Part shown: positions 36,348-46,570 of the stretch, in pieces
How the letters are laid out: the number at the start of each line of letters is the position of its first letter
Position numbering within the stretch: position 1 is the first letter of the stretch
NCBI GenBank assembly: GCA_035528295.1
Contig: DATKYY010000050.1
Location: forward strand, 1 to 46,570
Direction of reading: 5' to 3'
Origin: Dehalococcoidales bacterium
GTDB taxonomy: Bacteria > Chloroflexota > Dehalococcoidia > Dehalococcoidales > JAUYDJ01
DNA length: 46,570 nucleotides
Notes under the pieces: generated by a model
Database searches by the model: none
The model's input: the letters and a program-made list of their open reading frames with translations, nothing else
Told to the model about the DNA's origin: nothing
Program-made: the position numbers and the translations under genes

Positions 36348-36366
36348 AGTAACTGAAGGGGCGGGA

Positions 36367-36591
36367 ATGGATACGTGGGCTGCGGCGCTCAGGCTGGCCG
36401 GTGTGGGCTTTTTTATTGGCAGTTCAATCTTGCTCGGGATATTTGCCGGTCACTGGCTGGATGGAAAGCTGAATACTGAGCCGATTCTGGTAATTGTTGG
36501 TTTACTTTTGGGGTTAGTGGTCGCCTTTTACGGCGTGTATCACATGCTGCTGCCTCTAGTTAGTAGTGACCAGAACAAGGAGAATAGCTAG
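36367..36591 (+). CDS. atpZ: AtpZ/AtpI-family small membrane protein
   Basis: 74 aa with two TM helices, positioned first in the atp operon. The stop overlaps the atpB start. Confidence 0.6.
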   Translation: MDTWAAALRLAGVGFFIGSSILLGIFAGHWLDGKLNTEPILVIVGLLLGLVVAFYGVYHMLLPLVSSDQNKENS

Positions 36592-37550
36592 TGCCTAAAA
36601 ACGGCCGGCTGGTGGGGAAAATCCCCGTTTTGGCGGTAGTTTCTATTGGCTTCCTTACCCTCTTTGCTATCGGCTTTGCCAGTGGGCCTCTCGGCAAAAG
36701 TATGCTCGGTGACGTGGGGCTGCCCGCCTGGCTGAGTGTTACCCGCCCTTCCCCTCAACTCCCCCCCGAGACAGCTTTCATCCTGTTTGGTTTCTCGGTT
36801 ACCAATAGTGTTATCGCCTCCTGGTTTACCATTATTTTCCTGGTCGGGTTTTGCTACGCCGTTAGCCGGCGGATGAAGATTATACCGGGCCGGCTGCAGA
36901 GTGCCTTTGAGTTTATGCTGGGCGGGCTTTATGACTTCTGTAACGGGGTGGCGGGTGAGGAGAACGGGCGCCGCTTCTTCCCGGTGGTGGCGACCATCTT
37001 TCTCTTTGTTGCCTTTAATGCCTGGCTGAGCCTGATTCCCGGGTTCGGCTCAATTGAAATAGTCAACCCGGAGGGACATAGCGTACACTTGCTGAGAGGC
37101 GCCAATACCGATATTAATATGCCCCTGGCTCTGGCACTCATGTCCTTTGTCTTTGTGGAGTATTTCGGCTTGAGGACACTGGGTTTTCGTTATCTGGGGA
37201 AATTCTTTAATGTAGGACAATTCGGGCAGGGTATGCGTGAGCTATTTAGGGGCAAGCCTAAAGCCGGGCTGGGCAAGTTGTTCACCGGAGCGATTGATAT
37301 CTTTGTGGGCATGCTGGAGATGCTGAGCGAGTTTATCCGTATCGTCAGCTTCACCTTCCGTCTCTTTGGCAATATGACCGCGGGTGAAATCCTGCTGGTG
37401 ATAGCCATGTTCCTTGTCCCCTGGGTATTTGCCTTGCCTTTTTACGGGCTTGAGCTACTGGTTGGCTTTGTGCAGGCACTTATCTTTGGCGGGCTGACGC
37501 TGGTGTTTCTTACTGTTGCCACCGTGCATCACGAGCCGGAGGCAGCTTAA
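36591..37550 (+). CDS. atpB: F0F1 ATP synthase subunit a
   Basis: Polytopic membrane protein. The conserved SFTFRLFGNMTAGE block contains the essential Arg. Confidence 0.92.
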   Translation: MPKNGRLVGKIPVLAVVSIGFLTLFAIGFASGPLGKSMLGDVGLPAWLSVTRPSPQLPPETAFILFGFSVTNSVIASWFTIIFLVGFCYAVSRRMKIIPGRLQSAFEFMLGGLYDFCNGVAGEENGRRFFPVVATIFLFVAFNAWLSLIPGFGSIEIVNPEGHSVHLLRGANTDINMPLALALMSFVFVEYFGLRTLGFRYLGKFFNVGQFGQGMRELFRGKPKAGLGKLFTGAIDIFVGMLEMLSEFIRIVSFTFRLFGNMTAGEILLVIAMFLVPWVFALPFYGLELLVGFVQALIFGGLTLVFLTVATVHHEPEAA

Positions 37551-37596
37551 CATAAACCGAATTAAAGTAAATGTTTTGGTCTAAAGGGGGTAAAGA

Positions 37597-37827
37597 ATGG
37601 AACCAGAAGTAATGAAGATGCTGGCCATAGGGATAGCAGCTGGGCTGGGGATGCTGGGTCCGGCGCTGGCTATCGGGCTTATCGGCTACTCTGCCCTGCA
37701 GGGGATAGCCCGTAATCCCGATGCGAGGGGACCGATTATGACCAATATGATTCTGGTTACCGCCTTCGCCGAGGCTATCGGCATCTATGTCCTGATTATA
37801 GCCATTATTCTGGCGATGATTGTGTAG
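37597..37827 (+). CDS. atpE: F0F1 ATP synthase subunit c
   Basis: 76 aa hairpin with an ARNPD loop and the ion-binding Glu in AFAEAIGIY. Confidence 0.92.
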   Translation: MEPEVMKMLAIGIAAGLGMLGPALAIGLIGYSALQGIARNPDARGPIMTNMILVTAFAEAIGIYVLIIAIILAMIV

Positions 37828-37846
37828 CGATTTTAAGGGGGTTATT

Positions 37847-37954
37847 ATGGGAGAAGAAGGTATACCTCTGTCTATAAGTCTTATCATTGCTGCCTCAATC
37901 CTGGGGGCAACGTTTGTCATTGGGATGGTGCTTCTGGCGATACTTTCCGGCTAA
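37847..37954 (+). CDS. candidate 35-aa single-pass membrane peptide inside the atp operon
   Basis: MGEEGIPLSISLIIAASILGATFVIGMVLLAILSG. AAGGGGG SD 6 nt upstream of the ATG. It fills most of the atpE-atpF gap. Not in the ORF track because it is under 60 aa. Confidence 0.35.
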   Translation: MGEEGIPLSISLIIAASILGATFVIGMVLLAILSG

Positions 37955-37997
37955 GCATACCCTGGAAATTTAGAGGGCCTAAACCAGAGGAGGAAAA

Positions 37998-38507
37998 ATG
38001 GAAGGTCTAGCCGGGCTGGGCATAAATCTGCCCACACTGGTGGCGCAAATTGTAAACTTTATTATCCTGTTTGGTCTTCTCTATCTGGTTGCCTACAAGC
38101 CGATTATGCGGATGCTTGATGAGCGCTCGCGCCGGGTGAAGGAGAGCATGGAGCAGACCGAGTATATTAAAGAACAGGCGGAGCGAGCCGAGGACGAGGC
38201 CAAGAAGCGGATTGAGCAGGCGGGTAAGGAAGGGGAGGGCGTAATCGCCCGGGCCGCCAAAGCGGGGGAAGAGCTCAGGCAGAAGGCACAGCAGCAGGCG
38301 AAGGGGGATGCCGAAGCCCTCGTCACCAGGGCGCGCGGTGAAATCCAGCGGGAACGAAATGATGCTGTTGATGAACTGCGCCGGGAGTTTGCTGACCTGA
38401 CCATAAAGGCCGCCGAGAAGGTCATTGACCGTTCCCTGGATAAAAAAGCCCACCGCGAGCTTATTGATAAGGTGCTGGAAGAAGGCAAAACCCTGAAGAA
38501 GAAATAG
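37998..38507 (+). CDS. atpF: F0F1 ATP synthase subunit b
   Basis: N-terminal TM helix followed by a long charged helix. Operon position fits. Confidence 0.85.
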   Translation: MEGLAGLGINLPTLVAQIVNFIILFGLLYLVAYKPIMRMLDERSRRVKESMEQTEYIKEQAERAEDEAKKRIEQAGKEGEGVIARAAKAGEELRQKAQQQAKGDAEALVTRARGEIQRERNDAVDELRREFADLTIKAAEKVIDRSLDKKAHRELIDKVLEEGKTLKKK

Positions 38508-38526
38508 TCTATCGGGGGAGGGGAGA

Positions 38527-39066
38527 TTGGCGAGAGGAATACGAGCTAAGCGTTATGCTCAAGCCGCTTTAGAGATTGCGCTAGAGAGAAACGAATTAGA
38601 CCAGTGGCAGTCTGAGCTGGAAAAGCTTGCCCGACTGGTTGAGGATAAAGCACTGGCTGCCGCGCTGGGAAGCCCCAAGTTCCCCTTTAAGGAGAAGGCT
38701 AAACTGCTTACAGCGGTGGCGGGCGAGTTAAATCCCCTGGTGCTGAATCTGGCCTATCTCTTGATGACCAGAGGCAGGCTGGACATAATTGGCGAGATTG
38801 CCGCTGAGTATCGGAAGCTGGTGGAGAGCCACCGTGGCATAGAGCGGGCCGAGGTTACCACCGCTATTCCGCTGGATAAAGAAGATAAGCTGAAGTTGAC
38901 CGAACACCTTGAGGCGATGGTGGGCAAGAAAGTAGTGATTGAGCCCGGGGTGGATTCGGGGGTGGTGGGTGGTTTTGTCGCCAGAATTGGTGGCAAGTTG
39001 CTTGACGGTAGCACCCGTAGCAAACTAACGGCATTAAAGCGAGAGCTGAGTGGGACAAGAAGGTAG
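38527..39066 (+). CDS. atpH: F0F1 ATP synthase subunit delta (OSCP)
   Basis: 179 aa with the ARRYAQAL-type N-terminus [14 protein letters not shown]. Operon position fits. TTG start. Confidence 0.85.
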   Translation: MARGIRAKRYAQAALEIALERNELDQWQSELEKLARLVEDKALAAALGSPKFPFKEKAKLLTAVAGELNPLVLNLAYLLMTRGRLDIIGEIAAEYRKLVESHRGIERAEVTTAIPLDKEDKLKLTEHLEAMVGKKVVIEPGVDSGVVGGFVARIGGKLLDGSTRSKLTALKRELSGTRR

Positions 39067-39095
39067 CCGGCAAAGCTAGCGAGGAGGCAAGTGCG

Positions 39096-40607
39096 GTGAC
39101 CATCAGAGGACAGGATATTACTTCGGTTATCAAAAAGCAGATTGAGCAATTCGGCATGGCGGTAACCATGGTAGATGTGGGCAGTGTGGTTGAGATTGGC
39201 GATGGTATCGCCCGCATCCACGGGCTGTCCGGCGCTAAGTATAACGAGCTACTTCAATTTCCCAATGATGTTATGGGCATCGCCCTGAACCTGGAGGAGG
39301 AGGGGGTGGCCGCCGTTATCCTGGGCGACTACACCAAAATCAGGGAGGGAGATGAGGTACGCTGTACCGGCCGCATCGCCGAGGTGCCGGTTGGTGAGCC
39401 ACTCATCGGTCGGGTAGTTGACGCTCTGGGCAGACCGGTGGATGGTAAGGGGGCGGTAAAGGCGAAAAAGAGCCTGCCCATAGAGCGGATTGCGCCTAAT
39501 GTCGCCGTGCGCAAAAAAGTTGATACCCCGGTGCAGACCGGGATTAAGGCCATAGATAGCATGATTCCCATCGGTCGGGGGCAGCGGGAACTGATTATCG
39601 GTGACCGCTCTACCGGGAAGACGGCGATTGCCCTTGATACCATCATCAATCAGAAGGGCGGGGATTTAGTCTGCATCTATGTTGCCATTGGACAGAAGGT
39701 ATCCAAGGTAGCCCGCGTGGTGGCTACTCTGGAAGAACACGGGGCGATGGAGCATACCATTGTGGTGCTGGCCAATGCCTCTGATTCAGTCGCCCTGCAG
39801 TATCTGGCTCCCTACGCTGGTTGTGCCATGGGTGAGGAGTTTATGGAACAGGGCAAGGACGCCCTGATTATTTATGATGACCTTTCCAAGCATGCCTGGG
39901 CATACCGGCAGCTGTCACTGCTGCTGCACCGTCCGCCGGGGCGGGAAGCCTATCCCGGTGATGTTTTCTATCTGCACAGCCGTCTTTTGGAGAGGGCAGC
40001 CAAGTACGCTCCGGAGCATGGGGGCGGTTCGCTTACCGCCTTGCCTATCATTGAAACTCAGGCGGGTGATGTTTCCGCCTATATTCCGACCAATGTTATC
40101 TCCATTACCGATGGTCAGATTTATCTGGAAACAGACCTGTTCAATGCCGGTCAGAGGCCGGCCTTGAACGTTGGTATATCAGTATCCCGGGTGGGCAGTA
40201 GCGCCCAGATTAAGGCGATGAAGCAGGTAGCCGCTAAACTTAGGCTGGAGCTTTCTCAATACCGGGAGCTGGCTGCCTTTGCCCAGTTCGGCACGGCTGA
40301 GCTGGACAAGACCACCCGAGCCCAGCTGGAGCGTGGTCAGCGTATTACCGAGGTGCTGAAGCAGCTCCAGTATGCGCCGATGCCGGTGGAAAAACAGGTT
40401 ACGATTCTCTATGCCGTGATTAACGGTTATCTGGACGATATCGCCGTGGATAAAGTGGCTTCCTTTGAGTCCAAATTACACGAATTTATGGCCGAAAAAC
40501 ACGCCGAGATAGCCAAGAAAATTGCCGAGGAAAAAGAGATTACCGACAAAACTGAAGAAGCGCTCAAGAAAGCCGTTGAGCAGTTTAAGAAGAGCTTTGC
40601 TGAGTGA
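39096..40607 (+). CDS. atpA: F0F1 ATP synthase subunit alpha
   Basis: GDRSTGKT P-loop and canonical alpha sequence throughout. Confidence 0.97.
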   Translation: MTIRGQDITSVIKKQIEQFGMAVTMVDVGSVVEIGDGIARIHGLSGAKYNELLQFPNDVMGIALNLEEEGVAAVILGDYTKIREGDEVRCTGRIAEVPVGEPLIGRVVDALGRPVDGKGAVKAKKSLPIERIAPNVAVRKKVDTPVQTGIKAIDSMIPIGRGQRELIIGDRSTGKTAIALDTIINQKGGDLVCIYVAIGQKVSKVARVVATLEEHGAMEHTIVVLANASDSVALQYLAPYAGCAMGEEFMEQGKDALIIYDDLSKHAWAYRQLSLLLHRPPGREAYPGDVFYLHSRLLERAAKYAPEHGGGSLTALPIIETQAGDVSAYIPTNVISITDGQIYLETDLFNAGQRPALNVGISVSRVGSSAQIKAMKQVAAKLRLELSQYRELAAFAQFGTAELDKTTRAQLERGQRITEVLKQLQYAPMPVEKQVTILYAVINGYLDDIAVDKVASFESKLHEFMAEKHAEIAKKIAEEKEITDKTEEALKKAVEQFKKSFAE

Positions 40608-40616
40608 GGTTGAAAT

Positions 40617-41474
40617 TTGGCTGATATTCGCCTAATTCGCCGCCGTATTCGCGGCGTTCAGAGCACCGCCAAGATTACCCGGGCGATGGAGATGATCGCC
40701 ACCCTGAAGATGAGGCGAGCCCAGGAGCGTGGTCTGGCGGGGCGTCCCTATGCCGAGAAGATACGGCAGGTAATCAGTGACCTGGCCGCTTTGCCCCAGG
40801 AAGAGGGGGTGTTGCACCCCCTGTTGCAGCGCCGGGAAGTAAATAAAATAGCCATAGTGCATATCGCCCCTGACCGCGGTCTGTGCGGGGGGCTGAATGC
40901 CAATATAAATCGGAAAACAGCCGGCTTTATTTTGGAGCAGAAGGTGCCGGTCAGTATTATTACCGTGGGGCGCAAGGGGTGGGATTTTATGCGCCGCCAC
41001 GGGCAGGAGATTTACGCCGAGTTCAGTCAAATCGGTGACTGGCCCAGCCTGCTTGATACCCTGCCCATCTCCCATATCATTATTGATGAGTATCAGAAAG
41101 GGACCGTTGACCTGGTCTATTTAGCCTATACCCAGTTTGTGTCCACCATGACCCAGAAGGCAGTTCTGCAGCCATTACTCCCCGTCGAGCCGGAGCCGGT
41201 ACTCACCGGGGGGAATGTGGAGTACATATATGAACCAGGTCCCAGTGAGGTGCTGGGTGAGCTCTTACCGCGCTTTGTTGAGATGCAGGTGTATCACGCT
41301 ATTCTGGAGGCTATTGCCAGCGAGCAATCAGCCCGGATGGTGGCGATGCGTAATGCCACCGACAACGCCACCGACCTGGTTCAGGATTTAACCCTGGCCT
41401 ATAATAAAGCCCGCCAGGAGGCAATCACCAAAGAAATTCTTGACATTGCCGGCGGGGCGGCGGCTTTGGCTTAG
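40617..41474 (+). CDS. atpG: F0F1 ATP synthase subunit gamma
   Basis: IRRRIRGVQSTAKITRAMEMIA N-terminus and ITKEILDIAGGAAAL C-terminus. Confidence 0.93.
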   Translation: MADIRLIRRRIRGVQSTAKITRAMEMIATLKMRRAQERGLAGRPYAEKIRQVISDLAALPQEEGVLHPLLQRREVNKIAIVHIAPDRGLCGGLNANINRKTAGFILEQKVPVSIITVGRKGWDFMRRHGQEIYAEFSQIGDWPSLLDTLPISHIIIDEYQKGTVDLVYLAYTQFVSTMTQKAVLQPLLPVEPEPVLTGGNVEYIYEPGPSEVLGELLPRFVEMQVYHAILEAIASEQSARMVAMRNATDNATDLVQDLTLAYNKARQEAITKEILDIAGGAAALA

Positions 41475-41477
41475 TAA

Positions 41478-43470
<1,993 letters not shown>

Positions 43471-43480
43471 CTCGCCTCTT

Positions 43481-43987
43481 TTAACTCAGCAGCCCTTCAA
43501 TAGGCTCAATAATGATACGCCCCGTATCAGGCTCAATGGATTTTATTACATCCCCGATGGCTGGAATCAGAATCTCGCCTTTGTTGCCCTGGACGATATA
43601 GATGTCATTGCTCGGCGCGGTTAGAATCTCAGTCACCGTGCCCAGGAGCTCTCCCTGAGCGGTCCACACCTCCAGGCCGATAAGCTGGAAATGGTAATAT
43701 TGCCCTTCGGGCAGGGGTTTAAGCTGGCTATGGTGTATTTCGACCGGTTGCCCCTTCAGTCCCTGGGCGGCGGCAATGCTGTCAACCGCGTTGAGCTTGA
43801 TAATGGCATTTCCCTTCTGCCATTCAACCTGGGCAATAGTCACCGGCTGCCGGTTGATATACACGGTGGAAGATGGGGCGAAGCGCTCGGGGAAATCGGT
43901 GAGTACTTTTACCTTTAACTTACCTTGGTTGCCCCACGGAGCTTGGACTTCACCGATAGTGATAAATTCCAGTTCGGGCAATTTCAT
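43481..43987 (-). CDS. rimM: 16S rRNA processing protein RimM
   Basis: 168 aa with a RimM N-terminal beta-barrel and PRC barrel (GKLKVKVLTDFPERF, YYHFQLIGLEV). rpsP-KH-rimM order. Confidence 0.85.
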   Translation of the reverse strand: MKLPELEFITIGEVQAPWGNQGKLKVKVLTDFPERFAPSSTVYINRQPVTIAQVEWQKGNAIIKLNAVDSIAAAQGLKGQPVEIHHSQLKPLPEGQYYHFQLIGLEVWTAQGELLGTVTEILTAPSNDIYIVQGNKGEILIPAIGDVIKSIEPDTGRIIIEPIEGLLS

Positions 43988-44011
43988 CCCTGGTGTGGGA
44001 AGTTAGGTGAT

Positions 44012-44239
44012 TTAGATGATTTCAAGATTAACTCTGGTACCGGCTTTAGCTGCCTTTACCCGGAGCAGGGTGCGCATAGCCTGGGCTACCCGTCCTTGCC
44101 GGCCAATAATTCTCCCTTTGTCCTCGTCGTTAACCTGCAGCTTCAATGTTAGGCCATCCTCGGTCTCTTCTTCGGTGATGACGACATCATCAGGCACATT
44201 GACAATTGATTTGGCGATGTATTCCACTAGTTCTTTCAT
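44012..44239 (-). CDS. KH-domain RNA-binding protein (UPF0109/YlqC-like)
   Basis: 75 aa with a GRIIGRQGRVAQAMRTLL KH GxxG motif. Position is between rpsP and rimM. Confidence 0.8.
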   Translation of the reverse strand: MKELVEYIAKSIVNVPDDVVITEEETEDGLTLKLQVNDEDKGRIIGRQGRVAQAMRTLLRVKAAKAGTRVNLEII

Positions 44240-44505
44240 GACTTCTCCTTAAGAGTTTTGGATTTTGGGATAATGCCAACCTTAGCTAGTAGTCTAGCTG
44301 CAGTTTCTGTTGGTTGAGCCCCCTGCTTGAGCCAGCTTAAAGCCAGTTCCTCATTAATAACGATTGTCTCCGGGTCGGTCATGGGATCGTAGTGTCCAAG
44401 AATGGCGATAAAGGCTCCGTCACGAGGTGAGCGACTATCCGCTACCACCAATCGATAGCTCGGCTTTTTTTTGCTACCTACTCGGCGCAGTCTAATTTTT
44501 ACCAT
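44236..44505 (-). CDS. rpsP: 30S ribosomal protein S16
   Basis: MVKIRLRRVGSKKKPSYRLVVADSRSPRDG is canonical S16. Start set at ATG 44505; the track's TTG at 44514 adds 3 residues. Confidence 0.93.
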   Translation of the reverse strand: MVKIRLRRVGSKKKPSYRLVVADSRSPRDGAFIAILGHYDPMTDPETIVINEELALSWLKQGAQPTETAARLLAKVGIIPKSKTLKEKS

Positions 44506-44529
44506 GTGTAACAAGTCCAGTTTGTTGCC

Positions 44530-44558
44530 ATTATGCCTGATTAAGGCAAGACTGTCAA
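44530..44558 (-). promoter_or_regulatory. candidate promoter for rpsP operon
   Basis: Minus strand TTGACA (44558-44553), a 17-nt spacer, then CATAAT (44535-44530). Confidence 0.45.
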
Positions 44559-44616
44559 TAGCGGCTTAAGCTTGCGCCGTGTTTAATTTACTTTGTCGCG
44601 GCACATCCTGGTGTTA

Positions 44617-44645
44617 TTGCCAGAAATCGCCATTGTGACTATAAT
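44617..44645 (+). promoter_or_regulatory. candidate promoter for nfi
   Basis: TTGCCA (44617-44622), a 17-nt spacer, then TATAAT (44640-44645). The -10 element ends only 6 nt before the annotated GTG start. Confidence 0.45.
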
Positions 44646-44651
44646 CGGGGG

Positions 44652-45374
44652 GTGGAGGTTAAAAGGCGACACGATTGGCAGGTTAGTCCCGCCGATGCGC
44701 GGGATATACAGCGCCGGTTAGCCGGAGAGGTATCTAAAATAAGCGAGGTCACCACCCCCCATTTTATTGCCGGGGTGGATATATCCGTGCCGAGAGAGCG
44801 GGGGGCAGCCACCGGGGCGGTGGTTGTCCTGAGCTATCCTGACCTGAGACTAGTCGAAACCAGGGTGGTCAGCGGCCAGCTTGAGTTCCCCTATGTTCCC
44901 GGGCTTCTGTCCTTCCGGGAAGCACCGTTGACTCTGGCGGCTTGCGGTGAGCTTTCGGTTACCCCTGACCTTATCCTGGTTGACGGTCAGGGAATTGCCC
45001 ACCCGCGCCGGATGGGGCTCGCCTCCCATCTGGGGCTCTTTCTGGATAAGCCGACTATTGGTTGCGCCAAGTCACTGCTTTGTGGTAGTTGTGAAATACC
45101 CGGCGAGGCGCCGGGCAGCTATACTGAAATAGTCGACCGGGGGGAGGTTATCGGGGCAACACTGCGCACCAAACTGGGGGTAAAGCCGGTCTATGTTTCC
45201 ATCGGTCACAAAATTGACCTTGAGACTGCCATCCAGTGGGTGCTGAATTGCTGCCGTGGTCATCGCCTGCCTGAGCCCGCCCGGCTGGCTCATCTCGCCG
45301 CCGGGGGAAACCTGGCGCCGGGGCGATACGAATTAGAGTCCAGGGCAGGCTTTCAAAGCCAGCTCTTGGAATAA
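44652..45374 (+). CDS. nfi: endonuclease V (deoxyinosine 3' endonuclease)
   Basis: IAGVDIS, YVPGLLSFREAP, LVDGQGIAHPRRMGLASHLG and PTIGCAKS blocks. Confidence 0.88.
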   Translation: MEVKRRHDWQVSPADARDIQRRLAGEVSKISEVTTPHFIAGVDISVPRERGAATGAVVVLSYPDLRLVETRVVSGQLEFPYVPGLLSFREAPLTLAACGELSVTPDLILVDGQGIAHPRRMGLASHLGLFLDKPTIGCAKSLLCGSCEIPGEAPGSYTEIVDRGEVIGATLRTKLGVKPVYVSIGHKIDLETAIQWVLNCCRGHRLPEPARLAHLAAGGNLAPGRYELESRAGFQSQLLE

Positions 45375-45392
45375 GCGAGTCAGGGGTGTGAA

Positions 45393-46491
45393 ATGCAGGA
45401 ACTAAGAGATAAATTAAAAGACCTACAGTCCAGAGTTTCCATGGCGCTGGTGCATCTTTGACGTTGCCGCCAAAGAAAAAGAGATTGCCAGCCTGGAAAA
45501 GCGGTCGGCGCACCTCGATTTCTGGCAGGACTCCGCTAAAGCGCAGGGTGTTATGCGCCAGCTAGCTGAGCTGAAAAAAGTAGTGCAGCCCTGGCGGGAG
45601 CTGGAGAAGAAGCTGGCGGATATGGCTGAATTAAGCCCGCTGGCTGAGGAAGATGCCGCACTTGGTGAGGAGATTCGTGCTGAGATAGAAACAGCTGCCT
45701 CCCGCCTTGATGAGCTGGAAATCGGGACGGCTTTCCGCGGTGAGTATGACGCCAGAAATGCTATCCTGGCGATTCATGCCGGTGCCGGCGGCACCGAGTC
45801 CCAGGACTGGGCCGAAATTTTGCTCCGTATGTATCTGCGCTGGGCGGAGCGCTGCGGGTATCAGGCGGAAACATTAGACGTCTCCCCGGGCGAGGAAGCC
45901 GGGGTAAAGAGTGCCACCGTGGGCATTGACGGGGAGCATGCCTTTGGTTATCTCAAATCAGAGCACGGCGTTCATCGTCTGGTGCGTCTCTCTCCCTTTG
46001 ATGCTGACCATGCCCGGCATACCTCTTTTGCCCTGGTTGAGGTTATGCCTGAAGCCGAGGCCGATGTTGATGTTGAGATAGGCCCCGATGATTTAAAGGT
46101 TGACGTTTTCCGGTCGAGCGGACCGGGGGGACAGCACATGCAGAAGACGAGCAGTGCCGTCAGATTGACCCACCTGCCCACCGGGCTGTCGGTCACCTGC
46201 CAGAGCGAACGCTCTCAGTATCAAAACAAGGAGATTGCCTTGCGGATACTGCGCGCCCGGATACTGGAGGTGGAGCTGGAGAGAAAGGCACAGGAGAGGA
46301 CCAAGCTCAAGGGGAAGCGCATTGATGCGGGGTGGGGCAATCAGATTAGAAGCTATGTCCTCCATCCCTATAAGATGGTAAAGGACCACCGCACCGGCCA
46401 CGAGACCAGCCAGGCTGAGGCGGTGTTGGACGGTGAGATAGACGAGTTCGTCACCGCCTATCTCAGGGCTGAGTTGAGTGGGGGAGAATGA
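45393..46491 (+). CDS. prfB: peptide chain release factor 2, expressed via programmed +1 frameshift at 45459
   Basis: Frame-0 leader MQELRDKLKDLQSRVSMALVHL ends at CTT TGA C (45456-45462). The +1 frame continues DVAAKEKEIASLEKRSAHLDFWQDSAKAQ... into the 45553 ORF, which carries SPF and GGQ motifs. Confidence 0.9.
45456..45462 (+). promoter_or_regulatory. RF2 autoregulatory +1 frameshift site CUU UGA C
   Basis: Exact CTTTGAC heptamer at codons 22-23 of the leader frame. The downstream frame is offset by +1 (45460 is in phase with 45553). Confidence 0.85.
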
Positions 46492-46570
46492 TTAAAAAGA
46501 CCGGCCTTTTAGCCCTGGTTATCTGCCTGCTGGTGCTGCTGAGCCCGGTGCCGGTTCAGGCTCAGGGTGG
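46488..46570 (+). CDS. secreted or membrane protein, N-terminal signal peptide only (3' end outside window)
   Basis: The ATG overlaps the prfB stop (ATGA). MIKKTGLLALVICLLVLLSPVPVQAQG looks like a signal peptide with an AQA cleavage site. Confidence 0.4.
   Translation, partial: MIKKTGLLALVICLLVLLSPVPVQAQG

Overview
This 46.6-kb window reads as core chromosome of a moderately GC-rich bacterium. My guess from gene content is a Chloroflexota/Dehalococcoidia-like organism, which I cannot verify without a search.

Almost all of it is tightly packed housekeeping:
- pepA', mobA-moeA, and rnc followed by a radical-SAM gene and acyP
- a four-tRNA cluster followed by tuf-rpmG-secE-nusG-rplKAJL
- yifB/comM, uvrA with an HD hydrolase, and an orphan sbcC
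- a translationally coupled ppsA-dgt-dnaG-rpoD operon
- a complete F1Fo operon (atpZ-B-E-F-H-A-G-D-C)
- rimM, a KH-domain gene and rpsP, then nfi, and a prfB with its +1 frameshift site

I found no transposase, integrase, phage gene, CRISPR array or recognisable defence gene.

The only locus that looks like a discrete, conditionally regulated system is about 6.6-15.7 kb. It holds a Tat-exported, selenocysteine-containing (in-frame UGA) FdnG-type molybdopterin subunit, an FdnH-type 4x[Fe-S] subunit and an NrfD/PsrC-type membrane anchor. Two tandem paralogous 58-aa single-pass membrane proteins sit in front of these, followed by a terminator-like hairpin overlapped by a uORF. A NarL-type two-component system is transcribed divergently. 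An identical 21-nt box links the operon's upstream region to that of a kinase-less paralogue of the kinase's sensor module.

Other oddities:
- Glu/Ala/Lys-rich low-complexity extensions on two universally conserved proteins: about 100 aa on the N-terminus of L7/L12, and a tandem-repeat tail of about 65 aa on the C-terminus of ATP synthase beta
- an unannotated 35-codon membrane ORF between atpE and atpF
- a Cys4 insertion in EF-Tu
- a 47-codon basic ORF in front of a PflX-type radical-SAM gene

All family calls come from motif recognition by eye. No searches or folding calculations were run.
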